Position numbers and translations under genes: made by a program
From: Terrimicrobiaceae bacterium
Lineage (GTDB): Bacteria > Verrucomicrobiota > Verrucomicrobiia > Chthoniobacterales > Terrimicrobiaceae
Direction: 5' to 3'
Length of the DNA stretch: 64,000 nucleotides
Assembly: GCA_041752695.1 (NCBI GenBank)
Contig: JBGSVZ010000098.1
Coordinates: forward strand, 23,290 to 87,289
In this document: in pieces, positions 29,159 to 38,746 of the stretch
Layout: the number at the start of each line of letters is the position of its first letter
Numbering within the stretch: position 1 is the stretch's first letter
The notes under the pieces: generated by a model
What the model was told of the DNA's origin: nothing
Seen by the model: the letters and a program-made list of their open reading frames with translations, nothing else
The model's database searches: none

Positions 29159-30006
29159 TCGGCCTCATCGCTCATGCTGCCAAACCCGAAGCGCGTTCCG
29201 TGGTGCGGTCCGTGGTGAAGGCGCTTCGCGACCGAAAGATTTCCTTCGCTCTGGAAAAGGCCACGGCGGCTCTGGCGGGTCGGAAATCCTCGCTCGATGA
29301 ACGCGCCCTGGCGCGCGAGGCGGAGCTTCTCCTTGTCATGGGGGGCGATGGCACCATTCTGCGCGTCCTGCACAAACTCGGACCGGCCATACGCCCGATC
29401 TTCGGGATCAATATTGGCTCTTTGGGATTCCTGACGTGTGCGGGCCCGGCCGAAATCGACAGCGCCGTCGAAAGTATTGCCGACAAAACGTATTTGCTCA
29501 GTCCGCGAAACCTTCTCATCGCCGAGATTACGGATTCCCGCGGTCGCACGGCCCGCCATTACGGGCTCAACGACGTTGTGGTGAGTCGCGGCGAACGGTC
29601 CCAGCTTGTCAAAATCCACGTCGAGATCGATGGCACGGAACTCACCGACTACAATGCCGATGGTCTGATCATCGCGACCCCGACGGGTTCGACGGCGTAT
29701 TCCCTGGCGGCGGGAGGGCCGGTGTTGATGCCGGATTCCGGCGCGTTTGTGGTCACGCCGATTTGCCCTCATGTCCTCACCAATCGCTCCACGGTGGTGA
29801 GCGACCGCTCGGTGATCGAAGCGCGGTTGCGGGTCGAGCAGCAGGTTTTTGTCTCCATCGATGGCCGATCCTCCCGCGCGATGCGGGTGGGGGATGTCCT
29901 GCGCATCACCAAGAGCGACCGCGTGCTGCCGCTTGTCATGCTACCGCATCGCCTCTTTCCTGACGTCCTTCGGCAGAAACTGAAATGGCGCGGGAGTAAC
30001 GTATGA
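29155..30006 (+). CDS. nadK: NAD(+)/NADH kinase
   Basis: GGDGT, GSLGFL, LND and DGLIIATPTGSTAYSLAAGGP motifs; ATGA overlap with tlyA. Confidence 0.96.
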   Translation: MIGLIAHAAKPEARSVVRSVVKALRDRKISFALEKATAALAGRKSSLDERALAREAELLLVMGGDGTILRVLHKLGPAIRPIFGINIGSLGFLTCAGPAEIDSAVESIADKTYLLSPRNLLIAEITDSRGRTARHYGLNDVVVSRGERSQLVKIHVEIDGTELTDYNADGLIIATPTGSTAYSLAAGGPVLMPDSGAFVVTPICPHVLTNRSTVVSDRSVIEARLRVEQQVFVSIDGRSSRAMRVGDVLRITKSDRVLPLVMLPHRLFPDVLRQKLKWRGSNV

Positions 30007-30046
30007 GAACGATGATTGGTGGTTTTTACTTTTCCTTTGTTTCGGC

Positions 30047-30508
30047 ATGACCCCCATCGGCGATATTCTGCAAGCCGACCACGTAAACCTCTCGCTTTCG
30101 GCCACGGGAAAGGTCGAGGCGGTGGAAGAGGTTCTTTCCAAGTTGAACGGGGATGTCCGGGTGAAGGATTTTGCGATATTCCGCGAGGCGGTGATTGCCC
30201 GGGACGCGGCGGCCATTTCCGAAAATCATTGCGGGATCTGTATCGCGCACGGCCGCACCGAATCGGTTTCCGGCTTGGTGCTGGCGGCGGGTCGGTCAGC
30301 GGCGGGATTCCCCTGTCGTGAGGTGCCGGACCCGGTGCATTTTGTTTTTGTGGCGGGAATTCCCCGGACCTTTAATTCCGAGTATTTGCGAATAGTTGGA
30401 GCGATCGCGCGGATCTGTCGGGACCGCCACCAACTCGATCGGTTGATTGCAGCCAAGACCGCGGAGCAGTTCATTGGCCTGCTCAGCGCGGGCGAGGTGA
30501 GGTTGTAG
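30047..30508 (+). CDS. PTS EIIA-type (PtsN/fructose-mannitol family) protein
   Basis: GICIAHGR phospho-His motif and YLRIVGAIAR. Confidence 0.85.
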   Translation: MTPIGDILQADHVNLSLSATGKVEAVEEVLSKLNGDVRVKDFAIFREAVIARDAAAISENHCGICIAHGRTESVSGLVLAAGRSAAGFPCREVPDPVHFVFVAGIPRTFNSEYLRIVGAIARICRDRHQLDRLIAAKTAEQFIGLLSAGEVRL

Positions 30509-30512
30509 TCTG

Positions 30513-30579
30513 GGTCGCAAGGGCCTGCGACCGTCCAGAGGAAAGATTCGAGAGGTCGCAAGGGCCTGCGACCCTCCAG
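30513..30579 (-). repeat. Tandem pair of REP-like hairpins (minus strand CTGGAS-GGTCGCA-GGCCCT-TGCGACC), period 41
   Basis: GGTCGCAAGGGCCTGCGACC(G/C)TCCAG at 30513-30538 and 30554-30579, between convergent genes. Confidence 0.8.
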
Positions 30580-30585
30580 GGGGAA

Positions 30586-32640
30586 CTAATATTTGTTAGT
30601 CAGTGTCGACGCCGGGAAGTCGTCGGTGCGGAAGGGTGAGGCGGGAAGGCCTGCGCCGTTGTAGAGGTTGACGGTGGGATTTTCCGACCAGCCGTAACGG
30701 ACGGCGACGGGAGCGGGAACTTTGTCGGAAGAAACGACGACGCTGTCGCCTTCGATCTTGGCGTCAGCCCACACCCACTGCTTGTCTTCCCCGCAAATGG
30801 CAAATCCTTCGAGCTCACTGTTCGGGCTGTTGCGCACGGTCGGCGCCGTCTTTCCCTCCTTGGTGTTGACGTCGTACGTCGCGGGCACGGGCTTGGCCAC
30901 GAGTCCGCCATCGGTGTGGGTGAAGGAAAGGCGGGCCTTGGCGCCGTCGATTTTCAGCGCGTTGAAAACTGGACCCGAGTAGGGGATGCTTTTGCCGTAG
31001 TCCTGGGCGAGCGCGATGAGGGCGAGGCGTTCGCCCACGTCCTTTTTATTGCGGGGATGGATGTCTGCGCTTTCGCCGATATCGATGAGCACGGCCTGCC
31101 CGGTCGCGGGGAGTTTGAGGGTCAGGGATTGCGCTTCGCGAAGTTCGGCCCAACCGCTTTCGCCTGGAGCGTCTTTTTTGGCCTGAAAATTGGCGAGCTG
31201 GCAGAAGTAGAATGGGAAGTCGCCCTGATCCCAAACCTTGCGCCAGTCGGTGATCATGAGCGGAAAGGCGGTGCGATACTGGTAAGCGCGACCGGCGTTG
31301 GATTCTCCCTGATACCAGATGGCTCCGCTGATGGCGTAGGGGACGATGGGGTTGATCATGCCATTAAAAAGATGGCTGGCGACGTTCTGAGGGCCCGGCG
31401 GAGTTACGGGCGGCTTGGGGGCGGCGGCGAGTTGCGCAGGGGTGAGAGGAGGAAGAGAAAATTCCTCTTTCGCGAACCATCCTTCGGTCGTCACTGCCCC
31501 GCCGATTTTCGGCGCGGTAGGGAACTTGGCCGGTCCGGCCGGCGCATAAATCCGGAGGGCGAGAGTGTTTTTGCCAGGCTTCACCTTGTTCGCGGGAATG
31601 GTGTATTTTCCCCCGCGACGAACGTATCCGCTTCCTGGAGAATCTTTGAAATCCAGGGACGTGATCAAATCGCCGTTCCAAAAAATGCTGTCAAATCCTT
31701 CGATGGCTCCCAATTCAAGACCGAGTGGTGCGGTGGCGGCGCCCGGGCGTTCGATTTCGGTGCGAACCCAGACCGCGCCGTCGCCGGAGAAATCTTTTCC
31801 GGAGATCACGCCTGGAATCGCTACCTTCTGCCAACCGTCCAGCGAGATCCCGGGAGCGGCAAACGCGGCGGTGTCGGTGGCAGGTTTGTCCTCCCGTCCC
31901 GACTCCTTCAGCCAGGCTCCAAAGGTTTCGATCCATTTTTTTTGATCGGCGGGCTGATTGGTGATTTGTCCGAAAAGCCGTTCTTTGGCGGCCTTAAGCT
32001 CGGGGACAGTGTCGAGGGCCGCCTCGCTGGTCCAGGCCTCGGAGGGTGTGCCACCCCAGGAGGTATTGATCAACCCCACGGGGACATTGAGGTCGTTTTG
32101 AAGCTTTTTGCCGAAATAATAACCGACGGCCGTGAATCCGCCGGTTGTTTCGGGAGACGCCTGGATCCAGGTGCCTTCGCAATCGTCGAGCGGAGTGATC
32201 GACGTGGCTTTTTTGACCTGAAACTGACGGAGCAGGGAGTTGGCCGACTGGGCGATCTCTTTGTCGGCGTCGATGGTATTTTTTACGACCCACTCCATAT
32301 TGGACTGGCCGGAGGCCACCCAGACTTCGCCGACCACGACATCGGAAAGTTTGATCTGATTTTTTCCCTGCACGGTCATTTCAAAGGGACCGGGGCCGGA
32401 GTCGGCCAGATTTAGGGCGGTCTTCCACTTCCCGTCCGCGCCAGCGGTGGTTTTGACGGTTTGGCCGTTGAGAGTGATTGTGACTTCCTCTCCGGGATCG
32501 GCCTTGCCCCAGATTGGCACCTTGGCGGTTTTTTCCAGGACCATGTGATCGGAAATAATGGCGGGAAGCTTGACGTCGGCGTGGACGGAAGCGAGCGGCA
32601 GACTGAGCAGCGCGGAGGCGAGGAGGACGTGGGTTTTCAT
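30586..32640 (-). CDS. Exported sialate O-acetylesterase-family (SASA/SGNH) carbohydrate esterase
   Basis: GEVWVASGQSNM, WGGT..EAW, WYQGESNA, DIHPRNK and LPASPFRTD motifs; signal peptide. Confidence 0.93.
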   Translation of the reverse strand: MKTHVLLASALLSLPLASVHADVKLPAIISDHMVLEKTAKVPIWGKADPGEEVTITLNGQTVKTTAGADGKWKTALNLADSGPGPFEMTVQGKNQIKLSDVVVGEVWVASGQSNMEWVVKNTIDADKEIAQSANSLLRQFQVKKATSITPLDDCEGTWIQASPETTGGFTAVGYYFGKKLQNDLNVPVGLINTSWGGTPSEAWTSEAALDTVPELKAAKERLFGQITNQPADQKKWIETFGAWLKESGREDKPATDTAAFAAPGISLDGWQKVAIPGVISGKDFSGDGAVWVRTEIERPGAATAPLGLELGAIEGFDSIFWNGDLITSLDFKDSPGSGYVRRGGKYTIPANKVKPGKNTLALRIYAPAGPAKFPTAPKIGGAVTTEGWFAKEEFSLPPLTPAQLAAAPKPPVTPPGPQNVASHLFNGMINPIVPYAISGAIWYQGESNAGRAYQYRTAFPLMITDWRKVWDQGDFPFYFCQLANFQAKKDAPGESGWAELREAQSLTLKLPATGQAVLIDIGESADIHPRNKKDVGERLALIALAQDYGKSIPYSGPVFNALKIDGAKARLSFTHTDGGLVAKPVPATYDVNTKEGKTAPTVRNSPNSELEGFAICGEDKQWVWADAKIEGDSVVVSSDKVPAPVAVRYGWSENPTVNLYNGAGLPASPFRTDDFPASTLTNKY

Positions 32641-32652
32641 TGGGGAAGAGGC

Positions 32653-33702
32653 CTAACGGAGGAACTGGCGGATCCAGGTTTCGTAACCCGCCTGGGCGTT
32701 CAGAGTCTGCACCACGCCCTTTTTGTCAAGGATCCAGACGGTGGGCAAAGCGTTGATGCCGAGGCTGCGGGCCAGCGGGCTCTCCCAGCCTTTGCCGTCA
32801 AAATGCGTTGGCCAGGATGCGGGAAGTTCAGCCAATTTCTCCGCGAGGAGTTTGCGGTCGGTATCGAGGCTGACCGTGACGACCCGGAGGCGGTCCTTGG
32901 GCAGCTTTTCCCAGGCGGCGCGGAAATTCCGCAGCCAGAGCAGGCTGTGCGGGGAGTCGGCCGACCAGAAAATCAGCACGACCACATTGCCGCGCAGTGA
33001 GGCGAGGTCGAGGGAGGTTCCGCGAGTGGTGGAGAGCTTCGCGTCGAAGGGCCGACCGAGAAGTTCCAGGCGTTTGAGGTCGTCGGTGATGCGTTGTTTG
33101 AGCGGATCCTCGGAGGTGAGACGGAGCGCATCATTGAGGAGCTGACGTTTCAGGTTGGGTGCGTCGTCGCAGATGGTGGCGACTTCGACGAGCAGGCGGG
33201 GGCCGCGCCGGTCGCCGGGATATTTGGCGACAAAACCTTTCGCGGAATCCACCACCGCTTCGCGCATTCGATCGGTGCTGCCTTTCTGGCTCTGCAGGTA
33301 GAGGGAGATGCGCTGGAACCCCGCGGTGGCGAGTTTCTCCCGGGGGATGCCGGGAGTATTTTCGAGTTCGGTAAGCAAGGCGAAGGCCTCGTCCACTTTC
33401 TTGGGATTTTCGTCCATCTTGCCCTCGGCGGCGAGGAGAGAGGCGCGCCGGAGTTTCGCGTCGAAGACGCGGGGGTCCGCGGGGTATTTGACAATAAACT
33501 CTTCGACCGCGAGGCGATGGCGCTGGAAGTGGGTGCGGGCAAAAAGGCGGGCCTCTTCGCGGGTGGTGGGTTTTTGGGGAGGACCCGCGTCGAGGGCCAC
33601 AATGGCCGCCCAATCCTCATCGACTCCGGCTTGAACTGCGGGAACGGAGATCGCAAAAGCGATGAGGAAGGCGAAAAACCAAGGTGCCACTCGGCGGCTC
33701 AT
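32653..33702 (-). CDS. Exported TlpA-like thioredoxin-fold protein with helical N-domain, lacking CxxC
   Basis: LRGNVVVLIFWSADSPHS, VSLD and GINALPTVWILDKKG; ATG at 33702 overlaps the upstream TGA. Confidence 0.8.
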   Translation of the reverse strand: MSRRVAPWFFAFLIAFAISVPAVQAGVDEDWAAIVALDAGPPQKPTTREEARLFARTHFQRHRLAVEEFIVKYPADPRVFDAKLRRASLLAAEGKMDENPKKVDEAFALLTELENTPGIPREKLATAGFQRISLYLQSQKGSTDRMREAVVDSAKGFVAKYPGDRRGPRLLVEVATICDDAPNLKRQLLNDALRLTSEDPLKQRITDDLKRLELLGRPFDAKLSTTRGTSLDLASLRGNVVVLIFWSADSPHSLLWLRNFRAAWEKLPKDRLRVVTVSLDTDRKLLAEKLAELPASWPTHFDGKGWESPLARSLGINALPTVWILDKKGVVQTLNAQAGYETWIRQFLR

Positions 33703-34592
33703 TGGTTCTCGGCCGAAATGGTCGTAAAGATTGCCCGGTGGTCGCTGGCGTCGTTCCAGAAGGGCGAGTCGTTGATCCCTGAGCGGTCGAAATTGATTTC
33801 TTTGGTCAGCGCCGGACTCACCATGAGGTAGTCGATGCGGGCGTACTCGTCGGCCGTTTTCCAGTAGTGGGTCCACCGGTGCCCGCGGCTGTCTTGCAGC
33901 CAAAGGTCCATCATGTAATTGGGCGACCCTTTTTTCCCGATCAGCTCACGGATGGGATAGGTGTTTTTGGTGTCGTTGAGGTCGCCGAAGAGGAGCAGGT
34001 TGGACTGAGGATCCGTTTCGAGGATGCGGTTGAGGTGATCGCGCAAATACCAGGCTTCCTTTGCGCGCATCCAGGCTTCGTCGTATTCCTCAACCGTGCG
34101 GCGGGACTTGAGGTGGGCCCCGACGAGGCGGAGTTGATAGTTGGAGTTGATCTGCACGGTTGCGTCAAGGATGCCGCGATTGATTCGCTCGCGTTTGCCG
34201 TTGAGGTCGAAGGAGACATCGCCCCGGGAATTGCGGGCCACGATGGGGAAGCGGCTGAGCAGGGCGACATGGCGCACTTCATCGGCGCCCTGCACCCATT
34301 CGGAGTGCGGATAATCGAGTCCGGCGGCCTTGAGGCGTTTCTGGAGGTCCGCGACCATCGACTCGTCGCCGATCTCCACCACACCGAGAATGTCCGGCTT
34401 GATCGTGGTGAGGACCTTGATGGCGGCCTCAATTTCCGCTTCGGGTTTCGGGGCGTTTTTGAGGTTCTTTCCCTCCACCCGCCGGTCCATGGGCAGGTAG
34501 TTCTGCACATTGTAAGCGGCAAAAACAATTTCCTCCGCGCCGAGGTGGAGGCAAAAAAACAAGCTGGCCAGCCAGCAAATGGCCCTGCGCAT
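33699..34592 (-). CDS. Exported endonuclease/exonuclease/phosphatase family protein
   Basis: YNVQN, PDILGVVE, HLKS, GDLND, IDY and SDH motifs; signal peptide. Confidence 0.9.
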   Translation of the reverse strand: MRRAICWLASLFFCLHLGAEEIVFAAYNVQNYLPMDRRVEGKNLKNAPKPEAEIEAAIKVLTTIKPDILGVVEIGDESMVADLQKRLKAAGLDYPHSEWVQGADEVRHVALLSRFPIVARNSRGDVSFDLNGKRERINRGILDATVQINSNYQLRLVGAHLKSRRTVEEYDEAWMRAKEAWYLRDHLNRILETDPQSNLLLFGDLNDTKNTYPIRELIGKKGSPNYMMDLWLQDSRGHRWTHYWKTADEYARIDYLMVSPALTKEINFDRSGINDSPFWNDASDHRAIFTTISAENQ

Positions 34593-34609
34593 GGAGGGAA
34601 GCGCGGTGC

Positions 34610-34843
34610 CTAGGGGTGCGAGTGAGGTTGTTTGTCGGCCGGTTCCTTAACCTCAAGCTCCGCAGTGGTCTTGCGCACTTCGCGGTCGAATTCGTCGCGG
34701 GCTTTTTTGAACTCCCCGAGGCTTTGGCCAATCCCTCGCGCGAGCTCAGGCAGCTTTTTGGCCCCAAAGACCAGAATCACGATAATTCCGATGATAATCC
34801 ATTCGGGCAGGCCAGGCATGCCGAGAGCAAGCGGGAGATTCAT
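34610..34843 (-). CDS. tatA: Twin-arginine translocase subunit TatA/E
   Basis: GLPEW...ILVFGAKKLPELARGIGQSLGEFKKA. Confidence 0.95.
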   Translation of the reverse strand: MNLPLALGMPGLPEWIIIGIIVILVFGAKKLPELARGIGQSLGEFKKARDEFDREVRKTTAELEVKEPADKQPHSHP

Positions 34844-34948
34844 ACCAATTAAACTACTACGCACACGGCAGGTTGCAAGAAAAGCTCACGGGGAACCGAT
34901 TTTGCCTTTGCGGGACCGGCTCCAGCCGGACGGGAATTTGCAGGCTTT

Positions 34949-35629
34949 TTACAGCTCCACGGAGGAACCGATTGCCGGCAAATGCAGCACGATGCCGGCG
35001 GATTCGAAGGTCGCCTGCGCGGCGGCGTGATCGATTTTGATCGGGGGGAAGGTGTCGTAATGCACCCCGACCACGGTGCGGCATTGCACGAACCCTGCGG
35101 CGCGGACGGCGTCCTTTGCCCCCATGGTGAAATTGTCCCCGATGGGCAGGACAGCGAAACGCAGGGCAAATTCCTCCCCGATGAGCTGCATGTCGGAGGT
35201 AAGCGCCGTGTCACCGGCGTAATAAAAAGCGCCTTCCGCGTTCTCCACCACGAATCCGCCGGGGTTTCCGCCGTAAGTGCCATCGGGCAGGACGCTGGAG
35301 TGGATGGCATTGACAAATTTGACGCGGCCAAAGTCGAAGGCAAAGGCCCCGCCGTGATTCATGGGGTGGGCATTTTTCGCGCCCTGTTTCTCCAGCCAGG
35401 TGAAAATTTCGAAGTTGGAAATGACCGTCGCCCCGGTCTGTCCGGCCAATTCGACGGCGTCCGCGATGTGGTCGAAATGACCATGGGAGACCAGAATGTA
35501 GTCCGCGCGGATGGCGGTGAAATCCACCTCGTTCGCCAGGGTATTGGGTTTGATGAAGGGGTCGAAGAGCAGGGTTTTGCCAGCGGTTTCCACGCTGAAG
35601 CACGAGTGGCCGAAGGAGGTGAGTTTCAT
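34949..35629 (-). CDS. UPF0173 metal-dependent hydrolase (metallo-beta-lactamase fold)
   Basis: GHSCF, DPF, SHGHFDH, YYAGDT, LPIGDNFTM and HYDTFP motifs. Confidence 0.93.
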   Translation of the reverse strand: MKLTSFGHSCFSVETAGKTLLFDPFIKPNTLANEVDFTAIRADYILVSHGHFDHIADAVELAGQTGATVISNFEIFTWLEKQGAKNAHPMNHGGAFAFDFGRVKFVNAIHSSVLPDGTYGGNPGGFVVENAEGAFYYAGDTALTSDMQLIGEEFALRFAVLPIGDNFTMGAKDAVRAAGFVQCRTVVGVHYDTFPPIKIDHAAAQATFESAGIVLHLPAIGSSVEL

Positions 35630-35675
35630 CGCCTAACCAATGAATCTTCGGTCGCGCCGGACGGCAAGCGTGCGG

Positions 35676-36458
35676 TTAGGAAATCCTGCGTAGCCGGTAG
35701 CGGCTGTCGTGCTGTTCGACCTCGAGCGGCGCCCGGAAGATCGCACTGAGCACCTGATCGGTAAGCCCTTGGTCGAGCGGGCCGGTGTAGTGAACGCGGC
35801 CATTTTTCAAAGCGAGCAAATGGGTGAATTCCGGCAGAATCTCCTCGATATGATGGGTGACAAAAACGAGTCCCGGGGCGTTTTTCCGGGCGGCGAGTCG
35901 GCGGAGGTCGCGGAGGAAACGCTCCCGAGCGACGGGGTCGAGTCCAGCGCAGGGTTCGTCGAGGATGAGGATCGCCGGATCAGCCATCAGAGCGCGGGCG
36001 ATGAGAATGCGCTGACGTTCGCCTTGCGAAAGCACTTCCCACCGGCGTCCCGCCGCATAGCCAATCCGCAAAAGCCGGAGAAGGCGGAGGGCCTGGGTCT
36101 TTTCGGCGGCGCTGATCCGGCCCCAATAGCCAATCATGGCGCGTTGGCCCCCTGCCACGATTTCGAGGCCGGTGTCTTCGTCATGACAGAGGTGCGCGAT
36201 GCTGGCGCTCACCACGCCGACATGCTGACGCAGTTCCCTCCAGTCGGTTTCGCCAAACTCTTCGCCCAGCAGAATAATTGTGCCGGTCGTCGGGGTCATG
36301 TAGCCAGTAATGGCATTCAGCAGCGAGGTTTTGCCCGAGCCGTTTGCGCCGAGAATCACCCAATGTTCGCCGGCGTGCATCGTCCAGCCCACGCGGTCCA
36401 GTACCCGGACATCGCCGCGGCGGATGGTGAGGTTTCGGACGGAAAAAAGTTCGGTCAT
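35676..36458 (-). CDS. ABC-type ATP-binding protein (ModF/YlmA-like, no adjacent permease)
   Basis: GANGSGKT, LSQGERQR, LILDEPCAGLD and VTHH motifs; ATG at 36458. Confidence 0.9.
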   Translation of the reverse strand: MTELFSVRNLTIRRGDVRVLDRVGWTMHAGEHWVILGANGSGKTSLLNAITGYMTPTTGTIILLGEEFGETDWRELRQHVGVVSASIAHLCHDEDTGLEIVAGGQRAMIGYWGRISAAEKTQALRLLRLLRIGYAAGRRWEVLSQGERQRILIARALMADPAILILDEPCAGLDPVARERFLRDLRRLAARKNAPGLVFVTHHIEEILPEFTHLLALKNGRVHYTGPLDQGLTDQVLSAIFRAPLEVEQHDSRYRLRRIS

Positions 36459-38746
36459 CGGTGGCGGGCGTGGTGTTGGCCGCCGAGGAAAGCCGAAACT
36501 TCCCAATGTGAGGAGAAAATCCGAATGGTCACCGCCCCGGTCTGATCCTGGCGGAAGAGGTGGATCCCGCGTTCCTGCAGCAGCGCGGCGAATTCCGGGG
36601 GGAGAATTTCGCTTTCTGGGAAATCCGTTGCGGAGGCGATGACAACTTCCGGGGCTGCGGCGGCGAGAAACTCCGCGTCGCCGGAGGGCCCGCTGCGTGG
36701 ACGGCCCTTCACCAAAATATCGCATCGAATTTCTTCCCGGGCGTTGGCCAGCAGCCACTGTTCCGTGGCAAAGCTTGCGTCCGAGAGGAAAAGGATCCGG
36801 GTGCCGTCCACGTCGAGCCGGGCGACGATGACCTTGTCGTCCGCGACCGTTCGAGAGTTCATCGCCGGAGGATGAAGGATGTGCAGGAGGGTGCCCGGAG
36901 CAATTTCCAGCACGTCTTTGGACCGGAGCAGCGATTTGGGAAAATCCCGTGCCGAGAGAAATTCTTGAAACCGGCGACGGTGCGGGGAAAGGTCCGTCTG
37001 CACGGAGTCTGCTACTACGATCGGAGGGCAGGAGAGAAAAAGTTCAGGTGCGGCGCTGATATGTTTCGCATCGCCATGCGTCAGGAGCAGGCCGTCGAGG
37101 GAACGCCGGCCCTGCGAGCGCAGGAAGGGAAGCATGGTCGTGTCGAATTGCGCCGCCGGCCCGGGGTCGAGCAGCCAGCCGCGCCCATTGACGGAAATCC
37201 AGTTCGCACCACCGGCCCCAAAATCAAAGACCACCACCTCCGCGAGGGGAGTCGGAGGGCGGGGCAGCCCGATGTAAACAAAAGAGCCCGGCAGGGAGGC
37301 AAACAATCCCACCACCCCAAGGAGGAGATGGGTGAGAACCCAGTTGGCCTGATTAAAAACCTCGGACACCCAAATACTGACCCCGCCGAAGAGCAGCGAA
37401 AGCATCGCCACCGCCATGATCCCGAACGAAATCGGCACGGCCAGCAGATTGGCCGGCAGGGCCGAGACAGAGATAAGGTGAAAATACCCGAGCGTAAGCG
37501 GGAGTGAGCCGGCCCACGCTGCGGCGGAAACTCCCGCAAGACTCGCGAATTTTCGTCCCCCACTGGCCATGAGTCGCTGACCGTAACTGAGCAATTTTTC
37601 GGGAAAAAAAGGATCCGGGCGGAATGGTGTTTCGATCAGCGCCGTGCAGGGGCGGGCCCACAGGAGGATGGCGGCGACGACGGAGAACGAAAGCTGAAAG
37701 CCCGCGTTGAACACTTGATTCGTATCGCCGAGGAGAATGAGAAACGCGGCGGCGCAGAGGTTGTTAAAAAGCACCGGCTGACGATTCGCGATGAGCCCGC
37801 AAAGCACCACCGAGGTCATGAGCGCGGCCCGCACGCTGGCGGGTTTCCAGCCAGTCATGAACGCATAGAAAAACAGAGCGGGAATGATGAGAAACGCCGC
37901 CTGACGGCGGGTCAGCCGCAACACGCGAAGCAGATACCAGAGCAGCACGGCGAGCATGCCGACGTGCAGGCCGCTGACGGAGAACAAATGATACGTGCCC
38001 GTGCCACGGAATTGTTCCTGAATCCGTTCGGGCAACGACGAGGTGTCGCCCAGCACCATGGCGACCACGAGGTCGGAGACGGTGGGATCGTTGATCCCTT
38101 GCACCAGCGTGTCGCGCATCCATCCCCGTGCGGCCAAGGCGACGGTCTGCAGGGGATTGCCATGCTGGCCGACCAGAACCGCAATATCCCGAGGATCGTC
38201 GGAACGAAGGCGGGTGAAGACCTGACGCAAGGCGGACCACGCGGCGAAATGGAACTGTCCTGGATTTCGCGGCGGGGGAAGATTTTCCAAGGTTCCCGTC
38301 ATTCGCACCTCGTCGCCATACGCCGGGGCGGGCCCGGGCCAGTCCGCCAGCACGGTCACCGGCGGGGCGAAATCCCTCCCATCAACGGAAATTTGCCGCA
38401 CTCGCAAATCGAAGCTGCACGACCCCGAGTCGAAGATCCGTGGTTCACTGGCGACGACTCCCCGCACGGTGGCAGGGAGGGAGCGGTCCGCGATCCAATC
38501 CGCGAATCGCGCTCCCGGGGATTCCCGACCCTGCCAGATCTGGGCGGTCGCAAAAACGCACGCCACGAGGGCAAAAAAACCGGATCGACGCCAGAAAAAG
38601 AGCGCGGCAAACAGGAGCGCCAGCAGAACCCAGACAAGCGAGGGAAAGAGCAGGAACCGGCCGAGCAGAATGCCGGAAATCGCGGCGCCCAGCAGGGGGA
38701 GGAATGGCAGTCTCTGGCGGAGGAGGGATGGATGGCGGGCGGTCAC
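36455..38746 (-). CDS. comEC: ComEC/Rec2 competence protein (DUF4131, competence domain, degenerate MBL domain)
   Basis: RNPGQF, GTYHLFSVSGLHVG, S.VRAALM and GFQLSF motifs; GTG at 38746 overlaps the upstream TGA. Confidence 0.92.
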   Translation of the reverse strand: MTARHPSLLRQRLPFLPLLGAAISGILLGRFLLFPSLVWVLLALLFAALFFWRRSGFFALVACVFATAQIWQGRESPGARFADWIADRSLPATVRGVVASEPRIFDSGSCSFDLRVRQISVDGRDFAPPVTVLADWPGPAPAYGDEVRMTGTLENLPPPRNPGQFHFAAWSALRQVFTRLRSDDPRDIAVLVGQHGNPLQTVALAARGWMRDTLVQGINDPTVSDLVVAMVLGDTSSLPERIQEQFRGTGTYHLFSVSGLHVGMLAVLLWYLLRVLRLTRRQAAFLIIPALFFYAFMTGWKPASVRAALMTSVVLCGLIANRQPVLFNNLCAAAFLILLGDTNQVFNAGFQLSFSVVAAILLWARPCTALIETPFRPDPFFPEKLLSYGQRLMASGGRKFASLAGVSAAAWAGSLPLTLGYFHLISVSALPANLLAVPISFGIMAVAMLSLLFGGVSIWVSEVFNQANWVLTHLLLGVVGLFASLPGSFVYIGLPRPPTPLAEVVVFDFGAGGANWISVNGRGWLLDPGPAAQFDTTMLPFLRSQGRRSLDGLLLTHGDAKHISAAPELFLSCPPIVVADSVQTDLSPHRRRFQEFLSARDFPKSLLRSKDVLEIAPGTLLHILHPPAMNSRTVADDKVIVARLDVDGTRILFLSDASFATEQWLLANAREEIRCDILVKGRPRSGPSGDAEFLAAAAPEVVIASATDFPESEILPPEFAALLQERGIHLFRQDQTGAVTIRIFSSHWEVSAFLGGQHHARHR

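Noticed and set aside
30513..30579. Possible mini-CRISPR (two palindromic repeats)
   Set aside because: Only two units, 15-nt spacer, no cas genes; fits a REP better
30916..32415. 499-aa plus-strand ORF
   Set aside because: Antisense to the sialate O-acetylesterase
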